The translations under genes and the position numbers were made by a program. The notes under the pieces were generated by a model. It was not told the DNA's origin and made no database searches. It saw only the letters and a list, made by a program, of their open reading frames with translations. A stretch of 64,000 bases of DNA from Dehalococcoidia bacterium (GTDB taxonomy: Bacteria > Chloroflexota > Dehalococcoidia > Lucifugimonadales > UBA3495), in assembly GCA_965116785.1 (NCBI GenBank), contig OZ220731.1, positions 1,242,977-1,306,976 of the forward strand, given 5' to 3'. Numbering within the stretch: position 1 is the first letter of the stretch; each line of letters starts with the position of its first letter. Positions 40,406 through 49,790 of this stretch are shown one piece after another.

Positions 40406-41170
40406 ATGCAAATTGGACTTGACTACATGCAGATGCGCACCCGAGCGCAATATTACGGGCTGCGCTGGGCAGGCATCTCTCTTCTTGCGGTGGGCGGAAT
40501 TCTGGCCGCGGCCGGCATCGCATACTACGGGTATCTTTATTTCCTGAGGGCCAGCCTCGACGATTACGAAGCGTTGCGCCACGACGCCACGCTGATAGAA
40601 GCCGCCGCCCCGGCAGGCACGGAGGGTGGCACAGGCGCGTCCGTCGTTGAGCTTCCGGCCGGCGCGCATTCCGCGCGCTTGGCGGAATTGGGTTATTCCG
40701 AGATGCCCAGCGCCGCCGCCTGGCCAGTGGGAACCCAACCGCCGGCGTCTCGACTCATCGTTCCGGGACTGGGGATCGACGCCAAACTGGATGAGGTCAG
40801 CGTCTCCGGCACGTCCATAGCCCGTTACGCCTCCGCAGAAAACCCTGCCGCAGGGTATGCACCGGTAACCGCCAATCCCGGCGAACGCGGGGCGCTTTGG
40901 CTGTTTGGGCCCGCCGGCTCCGGGGTGCGCAGTTTTGGCAACCTGACCCGCGCCCCTCGCCTGATCACCGAGGGCGAGGAGTTGTTGATGTTCATCAACA
41001 CCTCAGATCGAAACTACCTGTACGCGGCTACACACAGCGAAGTCGTTCCGGCTGCGGACCTCCGATTGAACAGCAGCAACCGGGCCACCGTCCACCTGGT
41101 GGTGCCCGTCCCGAACGGCTGGTACGACCATTTCCTGATCGTCAGCGGTGAACTGGTGGGAGTCCGCTAA
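40406..41170 (+). CDS. Sortase-fold-like membrane protein lacking the catalytic His and Cys
   Basis: N-terminal TM; RLIVPGLGIDAKLDEV resembles the sortase beta2 motif; PGERGALWLFGPAG sits where sortases have PG..GN.V.AGH; ATVHLVVPVP sits where TLxTC is expected. Confidence 0.5.
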   Translation: MQIGLDYMQMRTRAQYYGLRWAGISLLAVGGILAAAGIAYYGYLYFLRASLDDYEALRHDATLIEAAAPAGTEGGTGASVVELPAGAHSARLAELGYSEMPSAAAWPVGTQPPASRLIVPGLGIDAKLDEVSVSGTSIARYASAENPAAGYAPVTANPGERGALWLFGPAGSGVRSFGNLTRAPRLITEGEELLMFINTSDRNYLYAATHSEVVPAADLRLNSSNRATVHLVVPVPNGWYDHFLIVSGELVGVR

Positions 41171-41192
41171 CCGGCCCTTATCGGCCGCCAGA

Positions 41193-42455
41193 CTATCCGG
41201 CCTTACTTTGCTTCTCTGCGGCTGCGGGCACCAGCCGCAGTTCGTATATACGGCGCCCCCGCACCTGCGTGACCTCGATCGACGTGTGATCCGAAACCAC
41301 GATATCCCCCACGGCGGGCATGCGTCCCAGGCGCGTATAGACGTAACCGCCGATGGTGTTGACGTCGCCCGAGTCGAACTCCAGGCCCAACGCGCGCGAC
41401 ACATCCTCCACCGGCGTGGTAGCTTTGACCAGCCAGGACCCATCGGTTGCCGGAGCCAGTTCACCGGCGGCAGCGGCGTCATCGAACTCGTCGTCGATTT
41501 CCCCAACGATTTCCTCGAGCACGTCTTCCAGGGTTACGATTCCCTCCACGCCGCCATACTCGTCCACCACGATGGCCATCTGCAAGGACTTTGACCGCAT
41601 CAGGTGCAGCAGATCGTCAACGGCCATGTTTTCCGCAACGAATTCCGGCTCGCGCATGATGGCGTCGACACTGGCATCGGTCGCCCCGTTCGCCACCACC
41701 TGCAACACGTCGCTGATGTGGACGACGCCAACCACGTTGTCCATCGTGTCCCGGTAAACCGGTACCCTTGTGTGCCTGGTTCTGACCAGCATCCGGACGA
41801 GTTCGTCCATCGGGATCGTCAGCTCCACAGCCTGCACGTCCAGCCGCGGCACCATGATGTCCTGAACGTCCAGATCGTCCATGTGGCTGATGGACCGGAC
41901 CATGTCGATGTCGTGGCGATCCAGGTTCATCAATTCCGCGGGGGTTAAAGTCGAACCGTCCGCATGACCGTTCTCCAGATCACCGTCCGGACTGGCCTCC
42001 ATCGCAATCGGCAAACTCGGGCCGGTTTCTGCGCCAGCCCGACCTCCATCCCCGGTCCAGCGCCTTGGGTCCGCCACGCGGCGCGCGAACCGAGGGAATT
42101 GCTGAACCCAAACCCGAGCGCCAAGGTAAACGCATGCTAGACCCACGGACGTCGCCAGTACCGCGAGCGCCAGCGCGATGACGGCCGGCGACCCGTTAGC
42201 CAGTTGGTACGCGATGGACAAGGCGGAACCGCCGGCTGTGGCAGCGGCGGCGGCTAATACGATCCCAATTGCCGGGGATGACGGGCGGGTCAGAAAGACC
42301 GCAGAAGCTTGGCTTTGTCGTCTGGATGCTACAGCGACACTGGCCCAAGCGAAGATCAGCAGCGAAGCTGCCAGGAACAGTAACGGAGGTAGGCTACTAT
42401 CAGTATCCAAGCCGGTGGCCCTCAACCGGCGCTCTTGGCGCCGAGAGCGGGTCAA
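41193..42455 (-). CDS. CBS-pair plus CorC/HlyC-domain membrane protein (CNNM/HlyC family)
   Basis: VQDIMVPRLDV...TRHTRVPVY.D..DNVVGVVHISDVL, MAIVVDEYGGVEGIVTLEDVLEEIVGEI.DEFD, and the C-terminal transporter-associated domain. The N-terminus has atypical TM helices. The TTG start overlaps the glmU stop. Confidence 0.8.
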   Translation of the reverse strand: MTRSRRQERRLRATGLDTDSSLPPLLFLAASLLIFAWASVAVASRRQSQASAVFLTRPSSPAIGIVLAAAAATAGGSALSIAYQLANGSPAVIALALAVLATSVGLACVYLGARVWVQQFPRFARRVADPRRWTGDGGRAGAETGPSLPIAMEASPDGDLENGHADGSTLTPAELMNLDRHDIDMVRSISHMDDLDVQDIMVPRLDVQAVELTIPMDELVRMLVRTRHTRVPVYRDTMDNVVGVVHISDVLQVVANGATDASVDAIMREPEFVAENMAVDDLLHLMRSKSLQMAIVVDEYGGVEGIVTLEDVLEEIVGEIDDEFDDAAAAGELAPATDGSWLVKATTPVEDVSRALGLEFDSGDVNTIGGYVYTRLGRMPAVGDIVVSDHTSIEVTQVRGRRIYELRLVPAAAEKQSKAG

Positions 42456-43852
42456 TCGCTCCCGCTTTGTTGTTGCGGCAGTAGTCTAGCAGGAACGCCG
42501 ACGGCTCGTCTACCCATCGGTACATCCCGGGTGACCACCGCGCCTGCCCCGGTTGCCGACCCTTCTCCCACAGTTATTGGGGCAATCAGCATCGTGTCGC
42601 TCCCGATGAAGGCCCTGGGCCCGATCACCGTCTGGTGCTTGTCCACCCCGTCGTAGTTGCAGGTGATCGTCCCTGCGCCGATGTTCACGCCATCCCCAAT
42701 ATCGGCATCGCCCAGGTAGCAGAAGTGGCCGGCGGCCGTTCCGGCCCCAATCCGGCTGTTTTTGACCTCGACGTAATTCCCCAGATGCACCCCGGCCTCG
42801 ATCCTCGCCGCCGGTCGCAGGTGACTGAAGGGGCCGATTTCCACGTCATCCTCGACGCGCGAGTCCTCAAGGGCGGATCCCACAATTCGGCATCGATTGC
42901 CCACACTGGAATCCCTGATGCAGGCGTTGGGTCCGATGTCGCATTCCTCGCCTACGGTAGTTCCACCGCTGAGCACCGTGTTCGGCTGGATCACCGTATC
43001 CTGGCCGATCTGCACGTCCAGGTCTATGTAGGTAGCGGCCGGATCCACCAGCGTTACGCCGGCCAACATCCAGTAGCGGTTGATCCGGTCTCGCATCACC
43101 GCGCCAACCGCAGCCAGTTGCTCCCGGTCGTTCACCCCCATCGCCTCATCGGCAAGCGCAATCGGCGTCGCTTCTACCCTCTCGTTCTCGTCCACGGCCA
43201 TGGCCGCCAGCGCGGTCAGGTAACGCTCTCCCGTCGCCGATTTCGGCACCGCACCGATGCGCTGGTACAACCAAGCCCCATCGAAGCAATAGACGCCGGT
43301 GTTGACCTCCGCCGGACCGTATTCGGGTTCATTCCGGTCTGCGGCCTCCTCAATCGCCAGCAAATCTCCCGGCGTATCTTGGGTGCGAGGCCGCGTCCTC
43401 TTGACGTGACCCAGGTCCGGACCGAAAGCGTCTGCGGCCGACAGGATGGTCATCCGGCGCTCCGGATCGGTCCGATGGTCCTGCATCATCCCGATGATCG
43501 ACTGGGATCTCACCAGCGGCGTGTCCCCTGCCAGAACGATTACCTCGCGCGGGATCTCCATCAACACCCGCAAGCCACATGCGACGGCGTCGGCTGTCCC
43601 GGCTGGTGAGGCCTGCATTGCGTAGGTGACTCCATCTCCCAACACGCCGGCTATCGCGTCGTTATTCTCCGGGGATGTGACCACCACCAGTCGCGAGATG
43701 CCACATTCCAGCAGGGCGGCGACCGGATACTGGATCAGTTCACGCCCCGCAAGAGCGTGCAGCGGCTTCGGTATTCGGGAGCGCATCCTGGATCCGCGCC
43801 CCGCTGCGAGCACGATACCAACGGCGTCGGTGGCGGAGTCGTTCGCGTTCAT
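42452..43852 (-). CDS. glmU: Bifunctional UDP-GlcNAc pyrophosphorylase / GlcN-1-P acetyltransferase
   Basis: VLAAGRGSRMRS.IPKPLH.LAG, and left-handed beta-helix hexapeptide repeats in the C-terminal half. Confidence 0.92.
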   Translation of the reverse strand: MNANDSATDAVGIVLAAGRGSRMRSRIPKPLHALAGRELIQYPVAALLECGISRLVVVTSPENNDAIAGVLGDGVTYAMQASPAGTADAVACGLRVLMEIPREVIVLAGDTPLVRSQSIIGMMQDHRTDPERRMTILSAADAFGPDLGHVKRTRPRTQDTPGDLLAIEEAADRNEPEYGPAEVNTGVYCFDGAWLYQRIGAVPKSATGERYLTALAAMAVDENERVEATPIALADEAMGVNDREQLAAVGAVMRDRINRYWMLAGVTLVDPAATYIDLDVQIGQDTVIQPNTVLSGGTTVGEECDIGPNACIRDSSVGNRCRIVGSALEDSRVEDDVEIGPFSHLRPAARIEAGVHLGNYVEVKNSRIGAGTAAGHFCYLGDADIGDGVNIGAGTITCNYDGVDKHQTVIGPRAFIGSDTMLIAPITVGEGSATGAGAVVTRDVPMGRRAVGVPARLLPQQQSGSD

Positions 43853-43975
43853 GCGCCTACCTCGAGTTGTTGATCTGTTTCGACTGCGGTAATTCGGATT
43901 ATAGCAGCGTGGAATTCCGCCTCCGACGGCGTTTCGCGCGGTGTGCCACCGCGGGGTTCGTTCCGTCGGTCACCT

Positions 43976-44323
43976 TCACAGCACGAACAGCCAGACCGCC
44001 GCGCCTATGCACAATCCGAGCAGCAATCCGCCAGCATGATTTACCCGAACCGCCGTGGAACCGTAACCCAGGCGTTGCTCCAGTCCCCGACCCACGATGC
44101 CGACGCTGATTACGCAGATGACACCGACGAAAGCCAACGGCCCGTAAACGAGCGCCGGTTTTTCGGCGTCCTTGAACACCCATGCCAGCGCGATCAGAAC
44201 TCCCAAGGCAGCCAACGAAAGCCCCATGCGCAACAGCCCGATCCGAAATCCCCATCCCATCAGGAAACACCAACCGGCGAGGCCCAGCAACTGCCACGGA
44301 GAGTCGAACAGTCCAAAAATCAC
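43976..44323 (-). CDS. Small integral membrane protein (CvpA-like?)
   Basis: 115 aa with 3-4 hydrophobic Gly-rich helices and a GTG start. The family assignment is weak. Confidence 0.45.
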   Translation of the reverse strand: MIFGLFDSPWQLLGLAGWCFLMGWGFRIGLLRMGLSLAALGVLIALAWVFKDAEKPALVYGPLAFVGVICVISVGIVGRGLEQRLGYGSTAVRVNHAGGLLLGLCIGAAVWLFVL

Positions 44324-44457
44324 TCGCCGATTGTGCGCTTTCAGTGTGGGCGTTGCAACCGTCGCTGGCGATCACCACGGCACACGGACTCCGGTCAGCC
44401 TCCCTTCGGGGTCTCATATGGCACAATGGGCCGAACGCCAACAAGGATATTTGCACC

Positions 44458-45186
44458 ATGAATAGCGGCATCACCAGGGCCGACGGCCGGCGATGGGACG
44501 AGGCGCGTAGCGTCCGCATCACTCCGGGATGCCAGCCCAACGCCGAAGGTTCGGCCATGATCGAAATGGGCAAAACTGCGGTCCTGTGCGCCGCCTCGAT
44601 CGAGGAACAGGTGCCCCGGTGGATGCAGGGTCGCGGTACCGGGTGGGTGACGGCCGAATACGACATGCTACCCCGCGCCACGTCTACACGGCGCTCCCGA
44701 GACCGCGATTCCGGCAGGATCGCCAGCCGATCCCAGGAGATCCAGCGCCTGATCGGCCGGTCGCTGCGGGCTGCCACCGATTTGAAAGCCCTTGGCGAGC
44801 GGGCGATCTACCTGGATTGCGACGTGCTCCAGGCTGACGGCGGGACCCGAACCGCCGCCATCACCGGCGCATTCGTGGCGCTCCGGTTGGCCTTGGATTC
44901 GCTGGTGGCCGTGCAGACGTTGGAGCGTCCCCCATTGCTCTGCTCGGTGGCCGCCATCAGCGTCGGGTTGACCGGCGACAGACTGCTGCTCGACCTCGAC
45001 TACTCGGAAGACTCCACCGCCGACGCCGACTTCAACATCGTCATGACCGACGACGGGTCAGTGGTCGAAGTCCAGGGCACCGCCGAGGGCAACCCCTTTC
45101 CTCGCCAAAAGGTGGGAGAAGCCCTGGCCCTGGCCGCACACGGCATGGAACCGCTTTTCGCCGCCCAACGCGCGGCGCTGGGGTGA
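44458..45186 (+). CDS. rph: Ribonuclease PH
   Basis: RADGR..DE.R...IT......[41 protein letters not shown] and [20 protein letters not shown]. Confidence 0.93.
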   Translation: MNSGITRADGRRWDEARSVRITPGCQPNAEGSAMIEMGKTAVLCAASIEEQVPRWMQGRGTGWVTAEYDMLPRATSTRRSRDRDSGRIASRSQEIQRLIGRSLRAATDLKALGERAIYLDCDVLQADGGTRTAAITGAFVALRLALDSLVAVQTLERPPLLCSVAAISVGLTGDRLLLDLDYSEDSTADADFNIVMTDDGSVVEVQGTAEGNPFPRQKVGEALALAAHGMEPLFAAQRAALG

Positions 45187-45294
45187 CGACCCCAACTGGT
45201 GCGGAGTGTCAGACTGGTCCCTATTGCCGGATGTGCCGGATCAACGTCAACGGGACACGCGCTGCCACGCGTAGTTCACCCCTTTGACTTGCGC

Positions 45295-47958
45295 CTATCC
45301 GATCACCACCCCTTCCGCGTCCAACACCGTCAACTCGTACCCCAGGTCCCGCAGAGGCTCTTCGACCCGTTCCCGGTCTCCCACCACCAACACCCGTAGC
45401 CGCTCAACCGAGAGGTATTGGGCGCCAACGCGGTGCGTGTCTTCCAGGCTGACGCCGTCCAACCTTTGCTCGAAGGTCCGGAAATAGTCGACGGGCAGGT
45501 CGAACTGAACCAGCGGTATCAGCTGGCCCAACAGCTGCGCGGGTCGCTCGAACCCGGACGGGTAACCCAACCGCAATCCGTTTCGCGCGTTTTCCAACTC
45601 TTCACTCGTCAGGGGCCTCCCACCGCTGATGTCCTCGAACTCGCGCAACGTCTCGAACACGGCTTCTCGGGTTACTTCGGTCTGGACGCTTCCGCCGGCG
45701 GACAGCAGCGATGGAGCGTTGTACCACGATATCCCCGAGTTGTAACCGTAGGAGTAGCCCTTGTCCTGGCGCAGGTTCTGGTTGAGGCGAGCGGAGAATT
45801 GACCGCCGAACGCGTAGTTCAGCACGGACAGCGGCATGTGATCCCCGTCCTTGCGTTCCACCAGCGGCATCCCCGACCGGATCACTGACTGAGCGGCGCC
45901 CGGCTTGTCAATGAGGAACAAACGCGGTCCGGGCGTGGCCGCGCCGTTCCCGACCTTGATGCCTCTGTCCTCGTCCGTACCCGGTGACCAATCGGCGAAA
46001 TATTCCTCGGCCGCGGCGACGGCTTCCCGGAGGCTCACGTCGCCAGCCACCAGCAAGCACAGGCGGTCCGGCCGCAAACCCAGGCCGTACCGCTCGACCA
46101 AATCGCCCCTGGATGCGGTCGACACGGTGGCCTCGTTCCCCAGGTTTGAATGCGCATATGGAGACTGCGGACCAAAAACCAGGGCGCCAAAATTCGCCTC
46201 CGCCACAAATCCGGCATCGTCTCGCGCCCGGCGCAGGTCGGTCAACCGCTCCCGCCTTACCCGTTGCAACTCGTGATCCGGGAAACTGGCGTTGCGCGCC
46301 ACATCGGCTGCCAGCCCGAGGGCGTGCGTCCAGTGGCGGTTCAGAGTCTCCGCTGTCAACAGCGTGATTTCCTTGCGCGCTTCCACCGAAAGCCTCGACC
46401 CGATATGCTCGAAAGCCGCCGCGATTTCCTGGCTGCTCCGGTTTGCGGTGCCCTCGTCCATCAACGCGGCCATGAACGAAGTCAAGCCAGGAAGGTTCGT
46501 GGGATCTCCAATGGCGCCGGTCCGCGCCAACAGCGCGAAGGTCACCAGCGGCGTCCCCGGCTTGGTGACGACGGTCACCTCCATCCCGTTGGACAGCCGG
46601 GCCCGCTCCGGAACCGGAGGAAGGAACGACGGCGTCGGTCCTCCAGCAGGTTGCTGGGTCCGGTCGAGAGCCACCGTCGCGGTGCTCAATGAGCGTTCCG
46701 GATACACACGCATCCGCACCTGACCGGCCTCCATGATCCGGGCATGCGCCTTCATCACGTCATCCAGGGTGACTCGGCGATATTGGTCCATCACCCGGTT
46801 CAGTCCATCCGGGTCGCCCGTAAACACGTTGAAGTAGTTAAGGGCGTCAGCCCGGCCGCCGAAGCCACCGACTCGGGAGAGCGTCCGTTGATGCTGCATC
46901 TCTATCCGGTTGACGGCCCGCTCGAACTCCTCCTCCGTCGGCGGGTGATCGGCGATCCCGGCCATGACCGCCTCGGCCGCTTCCTCAACCTCGTCCAGCG
47001 TGTGACCCTCCGCCGGAGTAAGTTCCATGCGAAACTGTCCGGCGATCTCGGCGGCGTGGTATCCCACTGACGCGGACTGCGCAATCTGCTTTTCATAAAC
47101 CAGCGTGCGATACATCCGGCTGCTCTGCCCGTCTGACAGGATGGCGCGCAGGATGTCGCCCGCGTCGTCCTCACCGGAGAAATTTGCCGGAGCCAACCAT
47201 GCCGCGTAGATGCGCGGCAGCGTGACCCGATCGCTCATCTCCAGGTCCACGCGGCCCGAGAGCAGCGAATCCGCCCTTTCGATGCGGCGCACGCTGGGCC
47301 CCGGGTCCAGGTCCGCGAAGTAACGGTGCGCCAGGTCCAGGGCCTGGGCGGTGTCGAGGTCCCCCGCAATGGCCAGGCTGGCATTGGATGGCGAATAGTA
47401 CTGGCGGAAAAAATCCTTCACATCGTCCAGGCTGGCGGCGTCCAGGTCTTCCTGGGAGCCGATGGTCATCCAGTGGTAGGGATGGGGCAACGGGAACAAC
47501 GATTGCTGGATGTGCCACTGGGCCATGCCGTAGGGACGGTTTTCATAACTCTGCCGCCGCTCGTTCTTCACCACGTCCCGCTCGGTGTCGAAACCGTCCT
47601 GGTCCAGCGCGTCCAGCAGGAAACCCATCCGGTCCGCCTCAAGCCACAAAGCGAGTTCCAGGTAGTTGGAGGGCACGTCCTCCCAGTAATTCGTGCGATC
47701 ACCCGTCGTCGAGCCGTTCAGCGACGCCCCGATCTTCTGGAGCGGCTCGAAGTGGCTCCCCTTGTGGTGTCGAGTACCCCGGAACATGATATGCTCGAAG
47801 AGATGCGCGAAGCCGGTGCGGCCGATCTCTTCGTCTTTGGAACCCACGTGGTACCACACGTTGACCGCCGCCACGGGTATCGAACGGTCCTGGTGGAGGA
47901 TCACATCCAGACCGTTGGGCAGCGTGTGTTTCTCAAAAGCGATGCCAGCCATAACCAC
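45295..47958 (-). CDS. M16-family zinc peptidase (fused double pitrilysin-like unit)
   Basis: Inverted zinc motif HLFEH (FAHLFEHIMFRGT). 887 aa with two M16 plus M16_C-like halves. Confidence 0.88.
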   Translation of the reverse strand: MVMAGIAFEKHTLPNGLDVILHQDRSIPVAAVNVWYHVGSKDEEIGRTGFAHLFEHIMFRGTRHHKGSHFEPLQKIGASLNGSTTGDRTNYWEDVPSNYLELALWLEADRMGFLLDALDQDGFDTERDVVKNERRQSYENRPYGMAQWHIQQSLFPLPHPYHWMTIGSQEDLDAASLDDVKDFFRQYYSPSNASLAIAGDLDTAQALDLAHRYFADLDPGPSVRRIERADSLLSGRVDLEMSDRVTLPRIYAAWLAPANFSGEDDAGDILRAILSDGQSSRMYRTLVYEKQIAQSASVGYHAAEIAGQFRMELTPAEGHTLDEVEEAAEAVMAGIADHPPTEEEFERAVNRIEMQHQRTLSRVGGFGGRADALNYFNVFTGDPDGLNRVMDQYRRVTLDDVMKAHARIMEAGQVRMRVYPERSLSTATVALDRTQQPAGGPTPSFLPPVPERARLSNGMEVTVVTKPGTPLVTFALLARTGAIGDPTNLPGLTSFMAALMDEGTANRSSQEIAAAFEHIGSRLSVEARKEITLLTAETLNRHWTHALGLAADVARNASFPDHELQRVRRERLTDLRRARDDAGFVAEANFGALVFGPQSPYAHSNLGNEATVSTASRGDLVERYGLGLRPDRLCLLVAGDVSLREAVAAAEEYFADWSPGTDEDRGIKVGNGAATPGPRLFLIDKPGAAQSVIRSGMPLVERKDGDHMPLSVLNYAFGGQFSARLNQNLRQDKGYSYGYNSGISWYNAPSLLSAGGSVQTEVTREAVFETLREFEDISGGRPLTSEELENARNGLRLGYPSGFERPAQLLGQLIPLVQFDLPVDYFRTFEQRLDGVSLEDTHRVGAQYLSVERLRVLVVGDRERVEEPLRDLGYELTVLDAEGVVIG

Positions 47959-48076
47959 TTCCTTTCCCTACGTTTTTGTCTGGATGCAACAAGCGCGGAC
48001 ATTGTAGCACCGGGCCCGACGCCTCACTGCCGGCCGCGTACTATCGACCATAACGCCGCTCGCTCCCATTACCGAA

Positions 48077-48460
48077 ATGCTGTACGAAGTTGAAGTAGTC
48101 GCCGACGGCAACAGCCCCATGGACCTCAATCGGGTCTTCGACTTGTTGACCGACCCGCAGCCGATCGTGCGCGTACTGGCGCCGGATCCTATGGGCGCGG
48201 ATGTCTGGTGCGATGTTGTGGGATGGGAAAACGGAGAACCCTGCCCCGCCATGGCCGCGCTGTCAGAGGACTCCGGAGAGGGCGTGATCATGCTGATCTA
48301 CGGCGGCGAGGACGGCATCAGGCTCCGGCCCGCAGACAGCGCCGAAGATTGGGATGTCGCTGCCGCCGCCCAATGGGGCGAAGCGTGCCTGATGCTGGGC
48401 AGCGACGTTCGTATCGAGTACGTTCCGGCGGAGTGGGACTACTCCCAACACCCTCACTGA
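48077..48460 (+). CDS. Acidic hypothetical protein
   Basis: 127 aa with a coding-like GC3 pattern and no recognisable motif. Convergent with the pentapeptide/TIR-like gene across a 13-nt gap. Confidence 0.5.
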   Translation: MLYEVEVVADGNSPMDLNRVFDLLTDPQPIVRVLAPDPMGADVWCDVVGWENGEPCPAMAALSEDSGEGVIMLIYGGEDGIRLRPADSAEDWDVAAAAQWGEACLMLGSDVRIEYVPAEWDYSQHPH

Positions 48461-48473
48461 CGTCTGGTCGTAG

Positions 48474-49760
48474 TTATTCGGTCGCCGCCGCCTCGGCATC
48501 GTCGTCCTGCGGCTCGTCGTCCCATTTGTCCGGTTGCACCCTGACTTCCGCGGTCAGCGTCGCCAACACTCCCGGTAGGTCGCGTCGGTATCCGCCCGAA
48601 CGGTCCTTGCGAGGCCGAAGGCGGGCCGTGGGACCGCCTTCCAACTGCCGATACAGTTCGTCGCTGTCGTTCTGCAGACAGTCGTCCATAGGCAACGCCG
48701 CCACGTAGGAGCGCCGGGCCGCCGATGTCGTCTGCCGCTGCATGATCTCCTGGTACAACCGCCAGCACGCCGGGCTCTCCAGCGCACCCCGGGAACAGAG
48801 GAGCGCAACCCGGTCGAAGTCCCTGAAGCGGCTCATTGGAGGGATCACCGAGGCGTTGTACGCCGCTTCCTCATCGTCTGCCAGCAGGCTCCAGCACTGC
48901 AACCCCATCGACCTCAGCTCAGTCTCCAACCATCTGACGATGGTGTCGTCCACCACCGACCCGATCAGCAGGACCCTGCGGTGTGGTGTTTTCTGATCGC
49001 CCAGTCGGGCCTGGCTTCCGATGAATTCAGGCGGCACGCCGGCCGGACGCAGGAAGGAATCGGGGATGCCGCCGTTGGAGCGCGCCAGCGTGTCCGCGCC
49101 GACGATGCTGGGTCCGTCGTGACGCAGCGTTTCCAGGCCCAGCGCGCAGCTCAAATCGCAGTCGGCGAAGAGGGTCATGTCCAGGACGACTTCCTCCAGC
49201 AACGTGCGGTCCAGTCGGGTGCGCACCAGGGTCGCCCGACGCAGGTCGCAGCGGGTCAGGTTGGCAACATCCAGGCACGCCGCGCTCAGCTTGGCCCCGC
49301 TCAGGTTGGCGTCGGTCAGGTCCGCCATGGTCAGGTCGGCTTCGGTCAGGTCCGCGCCCGCCAAATTCGCGCCCACCAGCGTCGCGAACGCGATGTCGCA
49401 GTTGGAGAGATCAGCTCCCCGCAGGTCGGCGCTGTCGAAGTTGCTGCCACGGAGATCGGAGCGCAGAAACGATGCCTCTGCCGCCTGGCACTCGGCGAAA
49501 TTCGCCCGATTCAGGTTGCAACGAGTGAGGAATGCCCCGCGCAAGCGTGCGCCGCCAAAGTTGGCATGCCGCAAGTCCGCCCTGGTCAAATCGATCTCGG
49601 TCAGATCGTCGAACCCCAGGTCCACGCCGGGCATCCTGATCCCACTGAGGTACGCCCCCGCAAGATCCAGTCGCGGGCGGATTCGAAATTCGCGCGCCCG
49701 CCAGCGCGCTATGGCAAACGTTCGCCTTTTGGCGATGGCAACGTGCTCAGGATTCGCCAA
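48474..49760 (-). CDS. Pentapeptide-repeat protein with a C-terminal TIR-like domain
   Basis: N-terminus MANPEHVAIAK...W, then about 35 A(D/N)LxX pentapeptides (ADLRHANFGGARLRGAFLTRCNLNRANF...). C-terminus: RVLLIGSVVDDTIVRWLETELRSMGLQCWSLLADDE ... DRVALLCSRGALESPACWRLYQEI ... LPMDD, which follows the bacterial TIR pattern (F.SYS..D..F...L...L...G..CW ... LS..S..S.W...E). Confidence 0.65.
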   Translation of the reverse strand: MANPEHVAIAKRRTFAIARWRAREFRIRPRLDLAGAYLSGIRMPGVDLGFDDLTEIDLTRADLRHANFGGARLRGAFLTRCNLNRANFAECQAAEASFLRSDLRGSNFDSADLRGADLSNCDIAFATLVGANLAGADLTEADLTMADLTDANLSGAKLSAACLDVANLTRCDLRRATLVRTRLDRTLLEEVVLDMTLFADCDLSCALGLETLRHDGPSIVGADTLARSNGGIPDSFLRPAGVPPEFIGSQARLGDQKTPHRRVLLIGSVVDDTIVRWLETELRSMGLQCWSLLADDEEAAYNASVIPPMSRFRDFDRVALLCSRGALESPACWRLYQEIMQRQTTSAARRSYVAALPMDDCLQNDSDELYRQLEGGPTARLRPRKDRSGGYRRDLPGVLATLTAEVRVQPDKWDDEPQDDDAEAAATE

Positions 49761-49790
49761 GCAATCGCTCCGGCGGCTCTGTGTTTACCG

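Noticed and set aside
43899-44777. 292-aa minus-strand ORF overlapping the rph start and the small membrane-protein gene
   Set aside because: It conflicts with the well-supported rph (plus strand). The translation is Arg/Ser/Pro-rich without motifs.
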